From: Rhynchobatus australiae
Taxonomy: Eukaryota
DNA: 64,000 bases
Assembly: GCA_034780895.1 (NCBI GenBank)
Contig: JAUZTB010000048.1
Location: 19,840,225-19,904,224 of the forward strand
Direction of reading: 5' to 3'
Shown: positions 51,324 through 64,000 of the stretch, piece by piece
Numbering within the stretch: the stretch's first letter is position 1
How the letters are laid out: the number at the start of each line of letters is the position of its first letter
Made by a program: the position numbers and the translations under genes
Notes under the pieces: model-generated
What the model was told of the DNA's origin: nothing
The model's database searches: none
Seen by the model: only the letters and a program-made list of their open reading frames with translations

Positions 51324-52599
51324 AAGGATGTACCATATTTGGTTCGCAGTGTAGGCTCTTCCCTGGTTATGAGCAGGTTCCGTTGCATATGAAACCATTT
51401 TTAAAAAATTATCATTTTTCTCCTTGCCTTTCAATAACACAAACATTAGGTGAAATAAAGCCACCAGTGTTCTTTGCTACTTTACTTGAGTGGCCCTTCT
51501 TCATGTATAAATGAGGTAATGCAACTGTGGAAGCCTTAGCAATATCTACACCTGCATTTACAGAAGGAGATTATTAGAAATGGGAACCTTAGCAGACTAC
51601 CCAAGAAGAGTGTGGTAGCTTGGTTGCTGAGTATATTGAAGATCAGTAGACTTTTAGATTTTAAAGGAATCAATAGATATGGGGGTAGTACAGAAATGTA
51701 ACAAAGGTTAAAGGATCAGTCATCTGACTGACAGAACAGGCATGAGGGATGAAATGGCCTACTACTCTTTTCTGAATGTTCTTAAGCTGTTTTTACATTT
51801 AGTAGCTCATAAGCATTGAGGTCAATTGTAGCATCCTTGCTGTCATCCAAATTAAGATCAGTTAACACAGCACAGAAAGGTGCTTTCGCAACAGGAGAGT
51901 TGCACTTAATTTTAATTAATCATAATCCTCGTGGATTAACTTTTGGTGGAAAACAATATGGAATTTAATGTATTTATTTAACTGTTTTTGATACCAGATA
52001 GATCTGCATTTATAATTATGTTCTTGTGGTCATTCTCATTGTGCCAATTTGATATGTTGAATTCATTCACTGCAGTTTTCTTCCAGTTGCTTTTAATTTG
52101 GCTCTTCTACTTTTGAATTTTTGTCATCATGGGTAAGTTGGTAACACTTGACAATGAATCTGAAGTTATGTTTTGAAGACCATTAAAAGGTGGAAAGCAG
52201 GTTGGCAAAGGGGGAGGTGGCCGAAGTGTTGACATGTGCATGCAAGAGCAGTCATGGAACTTCTCCTCCCACAACCCCCAACAACCCAGGAGCACTTTAA
52301 GACCAGTGCGGCACAAGAATTTGCTGAGAGAACAGCCTGTTGAATGTTGGGAGCTCATCAAGATCACCATAAATTACTGGGTGGTGCACACTGCAAATTG
52401 CAGCAATGTGAGTGGCAGATGGTCATTGGGTCAGATGTAAAGCCATTTCTTTCAGCTACAATAAATGACAATGTGATTAAGAGATATGGAAATTGCATTA
52501 AAGTAGCACTTGTTGCATCATGAGTGAATTACTTAAGATTCATCACCTTTTACTTTATAGGGGAATGTGACATTGTTAATTTTTTTCATATTTCTTCAG

Positions 52600-52686
52600 G
52601 CAGTTAAGATGACAAGTACATCACTTAAGTATCAGAGTGGAGAACAGAAAGGAGGCAGGAAAAAAATCACCCTTGTGAATAGTTAT
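52600..52686 (+). CDS. RTEL1: RTEL1 exon (exon 28 equivalent), AVKMTSTSLKYQSGEQKGGRKKITLVNSY
   Basis: cttcag|...TAT|gtacgt; 87 nt; GGRKKI motif (NLS-like). Confidence 0.9.
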
Positions 52687-52739
52687 GTACGTATGTTTGT
52701 ATTTCCATGCATTATTTTCAAATCTCTTAATTAACTTAG

Positions 52740-53530
52740 ACTTGGGGTACTGAGCAGCATTTTAAAGTTTGCAGGTGACAGAAAACTTGTCAGAGTATTA
52801 GATAGTGAGGATGACGGAGACAAGGTGGTAAAAGGCCAGAAACGCACCAGATGGAGTTCAGTCTGGGGAAATGTGAGGTGATGAACTTTTGGAAGAGTAT
52901 TAATCGAAAGGCATAATGCTGTAAATGAGTGTAGGTGAACAGAGTTCTAGTTGCCAATCTTTACAGATAGCAAGGCAAGTTAATAAGGTGATCGGAAATG
53001 CATATAGGTTGTTTGAGTTTGTAAATAAAGAGGAACATAAAAGACCACACTAGAACTTAAAATTACTGGTTAGCCCTCAGTATTATAGACTAACTCAGGA
53101 AACCACACTGCAAAAGAGATGTAAGGATCACAGAAAGGTTACAAAGTAAACATGAGGAACAAATCGTTACAAGTAGAAAAAGTCAGTACTGGCCTCCTTA
53201 GGACAGAGAAGGTTGAAAGGTGGCCAGACAGAGAACTTCAAAATAATGAACAGTTTCAATAGAGCTGAAAGAGAAAGCTATCCCGTCTGGTAATTATATC
53301 AATAATAACCAGATGTCATGGATTCAATGCCAAAAGCTCCTGAGGAGAGAGGAAAATTTTTCTTTTACACTGTTTGGATCTGGAATATCCAGCCTGAGAA
53401 GGTGGAGGAAGCTAATTCAGAAAGTGAATTGCACAGGGATTTGAGGATGAGGAACATCCCGGGTTATGACTGAAAAGGATGTGGTGGCTGGAAGCAATTC
53501 TGCACTTTCAAAGAGCCACTGGAAGTGGGT
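52740..53530 (+). mobile_element. Old CR1 LINE remnant; others at about 870-1330, 40370-40680, 51590-51785, 57970-58390 and 63824-64000
   Basis: LKFAGD.KL, QMEFS.GKCEVM motifs, heavily decayed. Confidence 0.65.
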
Positions 53531-54070
53531 GAATAGCCTCTTCTTGGAGAGTAAAATCCATGATTCATTTTCTCAAGCTCTTTAATACTTTATTTAGTGC
53601 TCCAGATTCCTCAAGAGTAACAGCACACTTTCCATTTGCTGGCCGTTCCATGAAATCTCCTTTGAAATGAATTCTGAGTATCTGTTGAGATTCTTCACAA
53701 TTTACCATATATGTAGACTATTTAGTAATAGTCAAAAGTAGATAATTCCTTTTGATGGCCTTAGAAGCTGTAGAGGTTTCCTGCAGTTTATGTAGAGATG
53801 TTTTATATGTCATTTTAGTTGAATATCTATGCTAATTTGTTAATTTCCAAATGTGACGGTACTTGTTTTGGAAAGTTTATGTAGTTGCAAATAGAACTGT
53901 ATTAAAAGCATTCCCACCTATCTCAGTGTTAAAAACTGTTGTAATTAATCATACTGAAAATTCAGCATTAATTGTTACTGTCAAGATAATTTTTTTTCAA
54001 TGTTTACTCAAATGTTAACTTTATAATCTTTTCAGCAATAGATTTACTTTGGGAGGTTGATTTTTTTTAG

Positions 54071-54281
54071 GGCTTTGATGTGTTGCCACCATCAGAGAAG
54101 ACAAAAGCGGGAAAAGCTAAGTTTTTCATTGTAGCTGTAAAAGAGGCCCTCAGCAAGGCTAACTACGAGCGCTTCACAGAAGCAATGCAAAAGTACAAAA
54201 TGACTGATGATTTTGACGCCATGTTAAGTGAAATGACTGCTCTTTTTACAGAAGACTTGAGAAAAAATAATCTTCTGCGAG
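54071..54281 (+). CDS. RTEL1: RTEL1 exon (exon 29 equivalent), harmonin-N-like domain 1: GFDVLPPSEKTKAGKAKFFIVAVKEALSKANYERFTEAMQKYK...NNLLR
   Basis: tttttag|...GAG|gtaatt; 211 nt. Confidence 0.92.
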
Positions 54282-56219
54282 GTAATTAATGGTAAAATAT
54301 TTGTGTAGTTTTACTAAGTATATAGAAGTAAATACTACCAAATTTTTTCAATGAAGTGGTGACTTGAGTTGCACAATCTAAAAATAGGGAGAACTGTACC
54401 CGGTGAATTCTATGCCCTCCATGTACTATACTTCTGATATCCATGCCACTTGTACTACGAGTATTCAAGAATATATCATTGTTTCTCTGCTCTAGTGACA
54501 AGGTCCCCCATATAAAAATAATTGTAAATACTGCTGACATGTACTATGTATTGAACTTTAAGCTGATCTGCCTGGCTGGTGATGACTAATACATGGTGAC
54601 TACACCATCTAATATATGGTAATATTTTTGCTTTTGGTAGTACTTGCTCTCATGCCTATCTGCAAGCTCCCTTGAACAGTGATGACAGGTTTTACATTTC
54701 ATAAAGTAGTAGATTATTTTGTGTCAGTGATAGGAATGTTTCTCAGTATTAAATTTAGCCTCTTAGTAGTGCCATACTTCTAATACAAAACTTTGACCAA
54801 TCTGAATATTGGTGGGATTCAATCATCAAACTAATTTATTTTCTTGAATATCCCTGGACTTGCTGATGAGAAGATTTTATTTTAAATAGTTTTGTGCAAT
54901 GGAAAATGTTTGCTGAGGGGTCCTGAAGTCTGATCGATTGTTTGAATGCTTGTACATCAAGGTAAAGGGAATTCTAATACATGGCCAGATTTAGGAACTT
55001 TAAACCATTTGTGAAAAATGCTCAGAACAACTGGAAACTAGCAACCATTGCATAATTAGATTCAATTTTAAAATTGAAACGGGGAGGAGAGTTTAAAGGC
55101 TTAATTGAAAAACAACACATTTCAGTAAGATTAAAGGAACAGNNNNNNNNNNNNNNNNNNNNNNNNNNNNNNNNNNNNNNNNNNNNNNNNGGGAAATGAA
55201 AGAAAAACAAAAACGTGTGGGGGGTGGTGGATGACTGGAAAAAAAATCAAATTAAAATTGTTCTTGAAGGCATGTAGCAGATTTAGATTAAGACAAAGGA
55301 AAATTAAACAGTATGGAAAATGTAAAGAAACATTCATTTGAAAAGCTGAAATTAAAAAAGATTGGCAGGTGAGGAAGAGAAATAAGATTTTATAAATAAA
55401 AGATTATTTAAAAGACATAGCCAATGAACACTTAAACTTGAGGCATGGGAGTGAATGGGTTAACTGCATACTTTACCTCAATTTGCATAGAAGGGAGGTA
55501 ATGATATTGTTTCTGCTTGAGGTGTCCACAACCTTATTTTCATTTTTTTCGAAGTGGCTTTTGGGAAATGTTTATTTTTAACCATATTCCTATTTGTCTT
55601 CTGTTGTAGATTTTGCTTTCAGCATTTATCTGCTCAAGCATTTCATTTCCTGGTACAAAACAAAAATTAAGAGTCCTTCATTATTTTAATGAGTTGATTT
55701 ATAACCTCCAATTATTGGTTAGCCAGCCACTGCAAAGGATTTTCATAATTAATCTGACAATTTTCATAATTTTACTAATCTTTATGAACCCTTTTTTTGC
55801 TGCAATGAAATGAGCCTGAGTTACAACACAACTTCAGAGCCCATTCTTTGCCCCTGATTTCCTCTGCTGTGTCCAACTATTGACTAATGTGGAGGAGTAT
55901 CAATTTGTCAGGTTTGGGTGCAGTTTCCAGAAGGTTATTAGCAGGAGGTTCTCCACTCCTTACTTTACTGATACCATTCTATGTCAAAGTTAATGTAGAA
56001 AACTTCCAGGAGTACATTCAATTGACTGTACTTCACTTTTAGTGAGTTATTTCTCCAGTAGGATAGGTGCATCCACCATGGCAATGGAGAACTCTAATAT
56101 TGCTTCATAATTCTGGTTCAACGTAACTATATCAAGATGGAATGTTGTCAAATACTACATGATAATGATGCTAAGACACTTTCTGGTTCTGATGCATTTC
56201 AAATACTCCTTAAAAACAG

Positions 56220-56363
56220 ATTTTTATCAGTTTGTTCGTCCACATCATAAAAAGATGTTTGATGAAGCCTGCTATAATTTGACTGGTGAAGGCTGTGGAT
56301 TTAAACCTGAGCATGCAATTCCACGAGAAGAGAGGCAGAAGATAGAACAGGAAGCTAATGCGG
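56220..56363 (+). CDS. RTEL1: RTEL1 exon (exon 30 equivalent), [47 protein letters not shown]
   Basis: aacag|...CGG|gtacgt; 144 nt; [10 protein letters not shown] motif. Confidence 0.94.
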
Positions 56364-57199
56364 GTACGTAGTTCAGAAGAGCAGAGTTCCTTCATTAACT
56401 CGAATATGTTAGTTTCTCTTAAGGAGAAGTTCTCAGTTTCTCTTAAGGAGAAATCCATTTTGCATGAGTTGTTTTGTGCAGCAATCAGTGCCCATGGAAA
56501 AAAGCTTTTTTTTATTTTCTGTAAGTTATAATGTGGGTGATATTAAATGCTCACTGTCATTTACTGTTGAGAAAATACAAACACTTACAGATAATAAATA
56601 GGAAGTATCTAAAAGGTACTTTCCAACATACTTTTTTTGGTTTTAAAAACACTTCCTAAAAAACTAACCAGAAATTTTGTACCTCCTGTTAAGATATTCT
56701 AATGACAAATGTCACTAATTCTGAAATAGACTAATGAGTGTTTACTTTTCAGTAAATCAAAGAAGATGCAGGAATTAGACAAGGTTCCCCTTTCTCCTAT
56801 CTTGTGTGTTACATAAAGCCCTTTGTTGAGGCCATCTGAAAGGATGTGGGTAGAAGTGTGCTGATCTCAGGCAACAGAGCCACTCAAGTCCAAACCTCCT
56901 TGTACATCTTCGAATGTGACTCAAGATTGGTCTGCAAAATGATTAGCATCTGCAACCAATTTGTACTAGGTGCAGGGTTAATTGCAGCAAAAGTGAGGCC
57001 ACATTCTTTGGTAACTATTCCGAATTATCCTATGTCCCTACACCGTCAGTTCTAACTATCTGGAGGTGCTGGGAGTATGGTACAAAGGAGCTGGGGTATT
57101 CATAATAAGCTGGGCAAAGCCTATAGTTAAGGTGAAGCAAAAGCTAGCATTCTAAACAACAGCTCGCTTTCTCTCACTCTGGCTCTCTCTCGCTCTCCC

Positions 57200-57895
57200 T
57201 CCCTCACGCTTGGAGAAAGAACCTGGTTATCAGGTACAGGGTGCTGTAGGATCCATATCCATGTAGAAGGATCCATACCCTGCACCTATTCTAGAGCAGT
57301 TGCCCAAACCATGTTCCATTTCATCTCAAGGTCAAAAATACATTATACATAATCTCCAAATAAAGTGGGGAAATGTATCTAAACTGACATTCATCCTAAT
57401 GGCTACATCAAGTTGGCCATAGACCCTGGTTACAGTCACCAAATGCACTGTGTACTGAGATTCTATCTGTCACCAGTATTGTGAAGAATGTTGCTGCAGA
57501 ACATACCTTTCAGCAGAACTGTATTATTGCACCTGTCCTTCGTGGAACACTTCATCCCAGAAGAACCACAAGTCACATATCTGCATAGAACATCCTCAAA
57601 ACTTGTGGGGAGGAGAAAGAGATGATGGATCCTGTTGGATGGCTTCCAGGACAGACTGTTAAAGTCACTTAGCAGAATATCTCATTGTCCAAACTTTCAA
57701 ACAGGTGCCAGGCCTTGGCTGGTGGTGAGAAGGACCCTACTTGTCGGACCCTTCCTGTACAGCTGGAGTTTCAGTGTCATCACATACTGCCCTTGAGGTG
57801 GCTGTGTTGGAAGTGAGCAAGATAGTTGTCCATTTACTAATGGAATGCATGTTTTGCAGGAAGCTTTGTAAAGAGGTGCTGTGGCTTTTTTAGAG
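57200..57895 (+). mobile_element. Tx1/L1-clade LINE remnant (C-terminal CCHC region)
   Basis: LAWLVVRRTL...YCP*GGC...VHLLMEC. Confidence 0.6.
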
Positions 57896-59599
57896 TTTGT
57901 ACCTCCTCTGTTAAGATAGCCTAATGGGAAATGTCACTAATTTTGAAATACACTAATGAGTGCTCTGAGGGCTATCCCCAAGGACACTGAATACAAGAAC
58001 AGGGAGGGAATGAGAGAACTAAATACTAGTTAGACCACAGCTGGAGTACGGGTATGGTTTGGTTAAATTATAAGGTCGGTTGAGAATCGAAAAAATTAAC
58101 TATGATGCATGATTACCAGGTTGAGATTGTTTCCTTTAGAAATGAAATGCAGATTTAATGAGTATGTATAAAATTATGAGAAGTCACAATAACATGATTG
58201 GGAAGAGCCTTATTCTCTTAGCAGAGAGTCACTAACTAATGACAGTAAACATACTTGAGGGGATTTAAAGAAATATTTTGTCACCCAAAGAATGATGGGA
58301 CCACTGGCCACAAAGGAGGTAGAAATCCTCAACGCATTAATTAAAAAGGTAGCTGGAAGTACATTTAATATGCTGTGATTCCTTTTGTAGGTAAATGTGA
58401 TTACCAATGGTTATGGAGGGAGGATATTAGCTCCTTCAAAAGTGCTGGGGGTTGAAGTCTTTTATTTCTGGGATGAAATTTGTGTGTTATGGTGCTCGAA
58501 TCAATAGGTCACCACCTTGTCTTAAAAAAACAGACAAGGATATTTCATACATGTCTGCTAATAGTCACTTTGCTAAATGTGAAGGCAATGGTTTCAAAGG
58601 GTAATAAAATGTGGCTTGAAGATAAACACATTGCTGCTCAAAACACCTTTGTACAGTTGTTCAAATGTTAATCTCTACATCTACAAAAGTATACATTACC
58701 ATGGCCAAGGTTAGTCATATATTTAAATACAGTTGGTGATGGGAAAGGCGAGGGGAAGGAGCGAAGAGTCGAGCTATTTTGCAGGAACCGTGATGAAGGC
58801 AGAAACAAAAACCTCCTCTAAAATCAGATTGAGCCATGACCAACTTTAGCCAAGCCCAGATCATCAAAGAGCCCTTCACAAGGCAGTTAGTGAATTCCAT
58901 GAAGGCCTCATTGCGGCATTATCAGGCAGTGCCATAACCACTAATTCCTATAGGAAGTCTCTGCCCAAATACCAAACTGTATGAAACATCTTTGGTCAAT
59001 CAGCAGTGATTTGTTTTTATGTGGTTGCTTTAATGGCTTTGATTAAGGTTCTGAATGTTTTCCTTTTAATTTAATTGTTGACTTAACATTTTTTTTGAGA
59101 AAGGGAGCATTTTCAGTCGAGTGTTTTGGTGACAATTGACCACTGTGTGAATGTTTCTTTTAATCAGTGCCACAATATGTTAAGCTTGTGGAGCAGTTAA
59201 TGCAAGGAAAAGCCTGTGACAGTCACCATAATAAACGGCAGCAGTTTAAAAGAAAATGGTCAACTCCATTACCTCAGCCTCTCATAATCTCTGATTAATG
59301 AGGCTAAAGCTGTGCAATATATGTCAAGTGAGCGGACTGCTGTGGGTGAGAAAGTTTTGAATGAGTGACGTGATTTATTTGAGAACGAGACGGTGGGGTG
59401 GTGGGGGCTGGGCTGGTGAAATGACTGGACTGTGTTTTTTTTTAAAAGGGTAATGAAAGAATTGGGGTTGCTGCTCATTCTAAATATTACATTTCCAACC
59501 AGTTCAGAAAGGACTTGTCCAACGGCGAGCGGTTGTGTACGTTGCTGAAGAGTAAAGATGCAGGAACCACGGGCATTTGACAATTTTGCTAGAAATGCA

Positions 59600-60475
59600 A
59601 GTCTAAAGGGAACACAAAAGTAGAGGGTATGGGTTTAAGCTGAGAGGGGAAAGATTTAAAAAGGACCTCGGGCAACTTCTTCATAGAGTCATAGAGCAAT
59701 ACAGCACAGATACAGGCCCTTCGGCCCAACGAGTCCATGCCAACCACATTGTCCACCCAGCTAGTCCCAATTACCTGCATTCAGCCCATATCTGTCCAGG
59801 CCTCACCCCTCCATGTACCTATCCAAGTGCTTCTTAAATGATACCGTTGTACCTGCCTCAACCACTTCCTCTGGCAGCTCGTTCCATATGCTCACCACCC
59901 TCTGTGTGGAAAAAGTTACCCCTCAGGTTCCTTTTAAATCTTTTTTTCCCCTTGCCCAGAATCTATGCCCCCTAGTTTTGGTCTCCCCTACCCTGTAGAA
60001 AAGACTATTACCATCCACCTTATCTATGCTCCATAATTTTAAACACTTCTGTAAGGTCACCCCTCATTTTCCCTTCCAAGGAATAAAGACCTAGCCTGGC
60101 CAACCTCTCCCTGTAACTCAGGGCCTTAAGTCCTGGCAACATCCTTGTAAATCCTTCCAGTTGCACCACGTTTTTCCAATAACAGGGTGACCAAAATTGT
60201 AGACAGAACTCCAAGTGCGGCCTCAACAATGACTTGGACAACTGCAACATCGTGTCCCAACTCCTATACTTCTTTCAGAGGGTGGTGCATATATGAATGA
60301 GAAAGTAGTTGAGGGAGGTACAATAACATTTAAAACTCATTCAGATAGGTATAGGGATAAGAAAAGTTCAGAGGGATATGGGCCAAACACAGGCAAATGG
60401 GATCATCTTGGGTGGGCATCATGGTTAGCATAGAGGGGTTGGGCTAAAGGGACTGTGTCCGTGCTGTATATTCTG
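59600..60475. mobile_element. Nested CR1 3' ends: a + copy split by an antisense copy at 59682-60267
   Basis: LLRPHLEFCLQFWSP on -; ACTTCTT at both junctions. Confidence 0.8.
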
Positions 60476-63249
60476 ACTATAATTTGTACCAGTAGCCTCT
60501 GGGATGCAGGACTGGTTGTGTGGACTCTATCACCCAACTGATTGAGTACAACTTGAGTGTTACTTGGATCTGTCCACCAGTTTTCAGTAAGGCCATCAGC
60601 TCTTGATCTATTTTCAGGGTGGAATGCCCTATTGTACTGAAATATTTCACACTGGCCTCCAGGCACAGTACCTGTGCCTTGTCAGCAGTAATATTGGGTC
60701 ACAGAAAAACGCCAGCCGAGGTCCTGAGCAGCAATTCTCCAAATGGAGGTCAAGAAGGCAGAATCTTTGTATCATAAAAGCAGAATAAGGAAACCCAATC
60801 TTTAGGATCTGCAGGATTTCGTGAGCTATTGGCCAATTTGTCAGATTGCTTGCAAGAATTCTACCTGCTGCTCATTCCCATGCTATGGTTTTTATTGGGT
60901 GTAGCTAATAAAGCCACTGTTTATTTTCCATCCATGCCAAAGGTGGTGGTGGTGAGCCACTGCTTAACTCTGTAGTGAGGATGGTCCCGTAGTGCCCCTA
61001 GGGAGAGAGTTCCAGGATTTTACCCCAGTGATGATGACATTTCCACTTGTAAACAAGTCTGTGCTTCATTGCTGGGAAGAGCACGTTGATAGTGGTTTTG
61101 TGCATTTTCTGGCCTTCAGCATAGTAGAGGTTGCTGGTTTGGGAGGTGCTGTCAGAGGAACCCAGGCAAGTTGCCACCATGCAACTTGTCGCTGGTACAC
61201 CGTGCAGACACGGTACTAGTGGTGGAGGGAAAGAATGTTGCAGGTGGTGTGAGGGTTGCCAATCAAGCGGACTGCTTTGCCTTGGCAGGTACTGATCTTT
61301 GGAGTGGTTAGTGCTCCACCCATCCGGACTAGTGAAAAATATTCCATCGTGCCCACCCTCTATCCTTCTTTCATTATGTTTACTTGGTCAGTTCATTTTA
61401 AGTTAATACAATCTTTGAATTCAATTCAGTCATTTCTGCAAGATTTTGTGTGTATTTCTGTCTGTCCCCGCTTAGTTTTCTCTTCCTCCATATCTCAAGT
61501 CCTGTAATTCAGGTCTAATTGGAGACTCCCAGTTTTAATCTATACATGTTTTGCACGTGGGTTTAATTTAATTATTTTTGAGATAAGTTGACTTTAAGAC
61601 CTGTATCTTTATTGTAGATTGCATACATCTAGAGGCATAGGCTACTGTCATTTTCCAAAACCATTTTTTCCATTTATTCATTTCCCAGGACCTGAACATC
61701 ACTGGCAAGCCCAACCTTTACTTCTCACCCCTAATGAAGTTTCATGAACCATTCTCTTGAATTCCTGTGGTCCTCCTGCTGAAGGTACTCCAATAGTGCT
61801 TTTAGATAGGGACTTGAAGCCAGCAGTGGTGAGGAACCATCGATATAGTTCCAAGTCACCAAGTAACTACAGTACACTTTGTGGATAGATAGATTTCTTT
61901 ACTAGTCACCTGTATTTTACTGTGTGTTTCAATGTACATCTTTTGCATAGTGTGTTCTGGGGACAGCCTGCAAGTGTCGCCACACTTCGGGCACCAACAT
62001 AGCACGCCCACAACTTCCTAACCCATATGTCTTTGGAATGTGGGAGGAAACCGGAGCACCTGGAGGAAACNNNNNNNNNNNNNNNNNNNNNNNNNNNNNN
62101 NNNNNNNNNNNNNNNNNNNNNNNNNNNNNNNNNNNNNNNNNNNNNNNNNNNNNNNNNNNNNNNNNNNNNNGACTGAGAAATCTGAATCCTGTTTAAGTAT
62201 TTTCTTGGAGATTTCACCAACTGCATGCTTCATTCCCAATCAGTTTACTGATTTCATGTGCACCTGAAATGGCATATTTAGAAATTCCATTAATAAATCA
62301 AAGTGTTGCAGTTTTTGAAATGCTGCCTGATCTGCTTAGTTCCTCCAGCTTTTTGTGTTGCTCACAGTATAACCTTTTTTTATTGGTGAAGTTTGCAGCA
62401 CAGGCTACTGCAAAAGGTTTGTCTTTCTAGCATTAAGTTTTAATAGAAACTAAGATGATTTTCTGACTGACAGCTGTGACTTCAATTTATTCCCAAATGC
62501 AGAAAAAGGGAAAATCCATAAGGTTAATTTGCCAGGAAATGCAAATAATTTAGTTCCTCAACTCACATAACTTTTTCACAGGACAATACTTACTTTCACT
62601 TTAGGGTTTATTTTCTGATTATTCCTGTTTATAAACTGGCATACACATGTTGAATATTTCTTATCATACAGCTAGATAGTTTCAGATTTGGTTCCTACTT
62701 TACTTGGGCTGCTAACAAGTTGGGTTAAAGATTCTGAAGCTGAGCTAATTCTTCAACAATTAAGTTCAGGCCATGAATCTTGACTCTTTCACCCTAAGAA
62801 GAAAAACTCACTGTCTGGAATTGTTAAAATGGGCACTTGCATAAACAATGGCAGGGTTACTCAAAGCCATAAATTGTTTCCCGGAGTATACTCTGTCTTC
62901 AGAAGTAAAGATCATTGTGGGAGGGTGCAGTAAACAATAGGTGCTTAGTGTAAATCCTCACATCCAAAATTTTGGTTTCAGTCTGAATCAGGATCCAGGT
63001 TAAATCCTGATCTCAATTCAGAGGATTGAAGAGATAAAGCTCATAGCTCTTTTACTGGGAAAGGAAAATGTTAGAAACATGCAGAATTCCAAATCTTGGT
63101 TATGTTCAGGAATTCTTACTGGAATTCTACAATACACATTGAATTTTTTTAAAAATTGGTTACTGTGTAGGGTAAATCGAAAGCTGCAAATTGCTACCCT
63201 TCTGCTTAAAACAGGATAATTGTAATCCATCATTTTATGAAAAATCCAG

Positions 63250-63390
63250 GTGGTGAAAATAAGTGGAAATTTGAGACTGCAGTCTCTGACATGAAGTTTA
63301 CATCAATAGCAAGCTCATCTCAACAGCTAAATGCTTGCACACACCTTAACAAAGGGGGACAGCATTTAAACAGTGGACCTCTTAGCAAAG
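63250..63390 (+). CDS. RTEL1: RTEL1 exon (exon 31 equivalent), GENKWKFETAVSDMKFTSIASSSQQLNACTHLNKGGQHLNSGPLSK
   Basis: atccag|...AAG|gtatgt; 141 nt, open frame, phase 1-1; QQL...HLNxG..HL resembles human QQLDPQEHLNQGRPHL. The acceptor position is less certain. Confidence 0.8.
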
Positions 63391-63583
63391 GTATGTGAAT
63401 TTATTGTGAATATTCAGGTTGTATTATGTAGTATTGAAAATTCTATTGCTGATTAGTTTTCCTATTTTGTGTTCTCTACAGATGTTGTTCATGTTGTTCT
63501 AAAATCGTTGTCAATACTCCTAATTAGAAAAACCCCAAGTGTTACAATATTTAGGAAATTTAAATATGCATAGATCATTAATC

Positions 63584-63823
63584 TGTAGCGGCTAGCTACA
63601 CTGAATAAAGACACGAGACACTTGTTTGGAGTCCAACAGTTGAATGAACGACTGGGGTGCGCTGCCCCTTTAATAACTACACGTCACGCGCAGGTCACGT
63701 GACCTTCCCGCGTGCGGGCTCCACTAGCCCGACAAAGAAGGAGTGCCCCGCACCATCTTGTGTTGGGGCCTCCGACGACGCCCGCGATCGTGGGAGCCGG
63801 TTCGTGAGAGGTAAGTCGCCACA
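63584..63823. mobile_element. Young, CpG-rich solo LTR (Gypsy-type, 240 bp)
   Basis: TGTAGCG...CGCCACA imperfect inverted termini; abrupt CpG-rich island in AT-rich DNA; no clear TSD. Confidence 0.7.
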
Positions 63824-64000
63824 ACCTCATATTTATCAGGATTAAATTCCATCTGCCATTGCTCTACCCAATTTACTAGCTGAACAATATCATTCTGCAA
63901 CTTAAGACCACCCTCCTCACTGTCAACCACACCACCATTTTTGTATCATCTGCAAACCAGTAATCATATCTCCTTCGTTCATATTCCAAATCATTAATGT

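Noticed and set aside
56411-56452. 18-bp unit repeated at a 24-nt period just after an exon (FSLRETENFSLRET on -)
   Set aside because: Two copies only; a simple local slippage duplication, not a CRISPR array or coding repeat
58789-58900. C-box-like GTGATGA suggesting an intronic snoRNA
   Set aside because: No properly placed D box or terminal stem

Overview
Eukaryotic genomic DNA from a draft assembly with many N gaps. The repeat content (HE1-like V-SINEs, CR1/HER1 LINEs, Penelope remnants) points to a cartilaginous fish, probably a ray or relative (inference). The whole window lies inside one + strand gene, the telomere helicase RTEL1. I can read 18 coding exons with GT-AG boundaries, equivalent to human exons 13-24 and 26-31; the exon-25 equivalent is missing and most likely sits in the 23225-23789 gap. 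The introns are filled with decayed LINEs and SINEs. The main discovery is an old, decayed, antisense endogenous retrovirus-like provirus (about 42.4-49.7 kb) in the 18-kb intron, laid out as LTR-PBS(tRNA-Ser)-gag-pro-RT-tether-RNaseH-IN-env-PPT-LTR. Its RT motifs look spuma/lokiretrovirus-like, its tether and RNase H look epsilon/class I-like, its env resembles paramyxovirus F or foamy Env rather than gamma-type Env, and its gag/pol junction is a UGA-CAA stop. An inverted second gag-pro-RT copy and a third LTR follow it directly. All homology calls come from recognising motifs by eye; no search was run.
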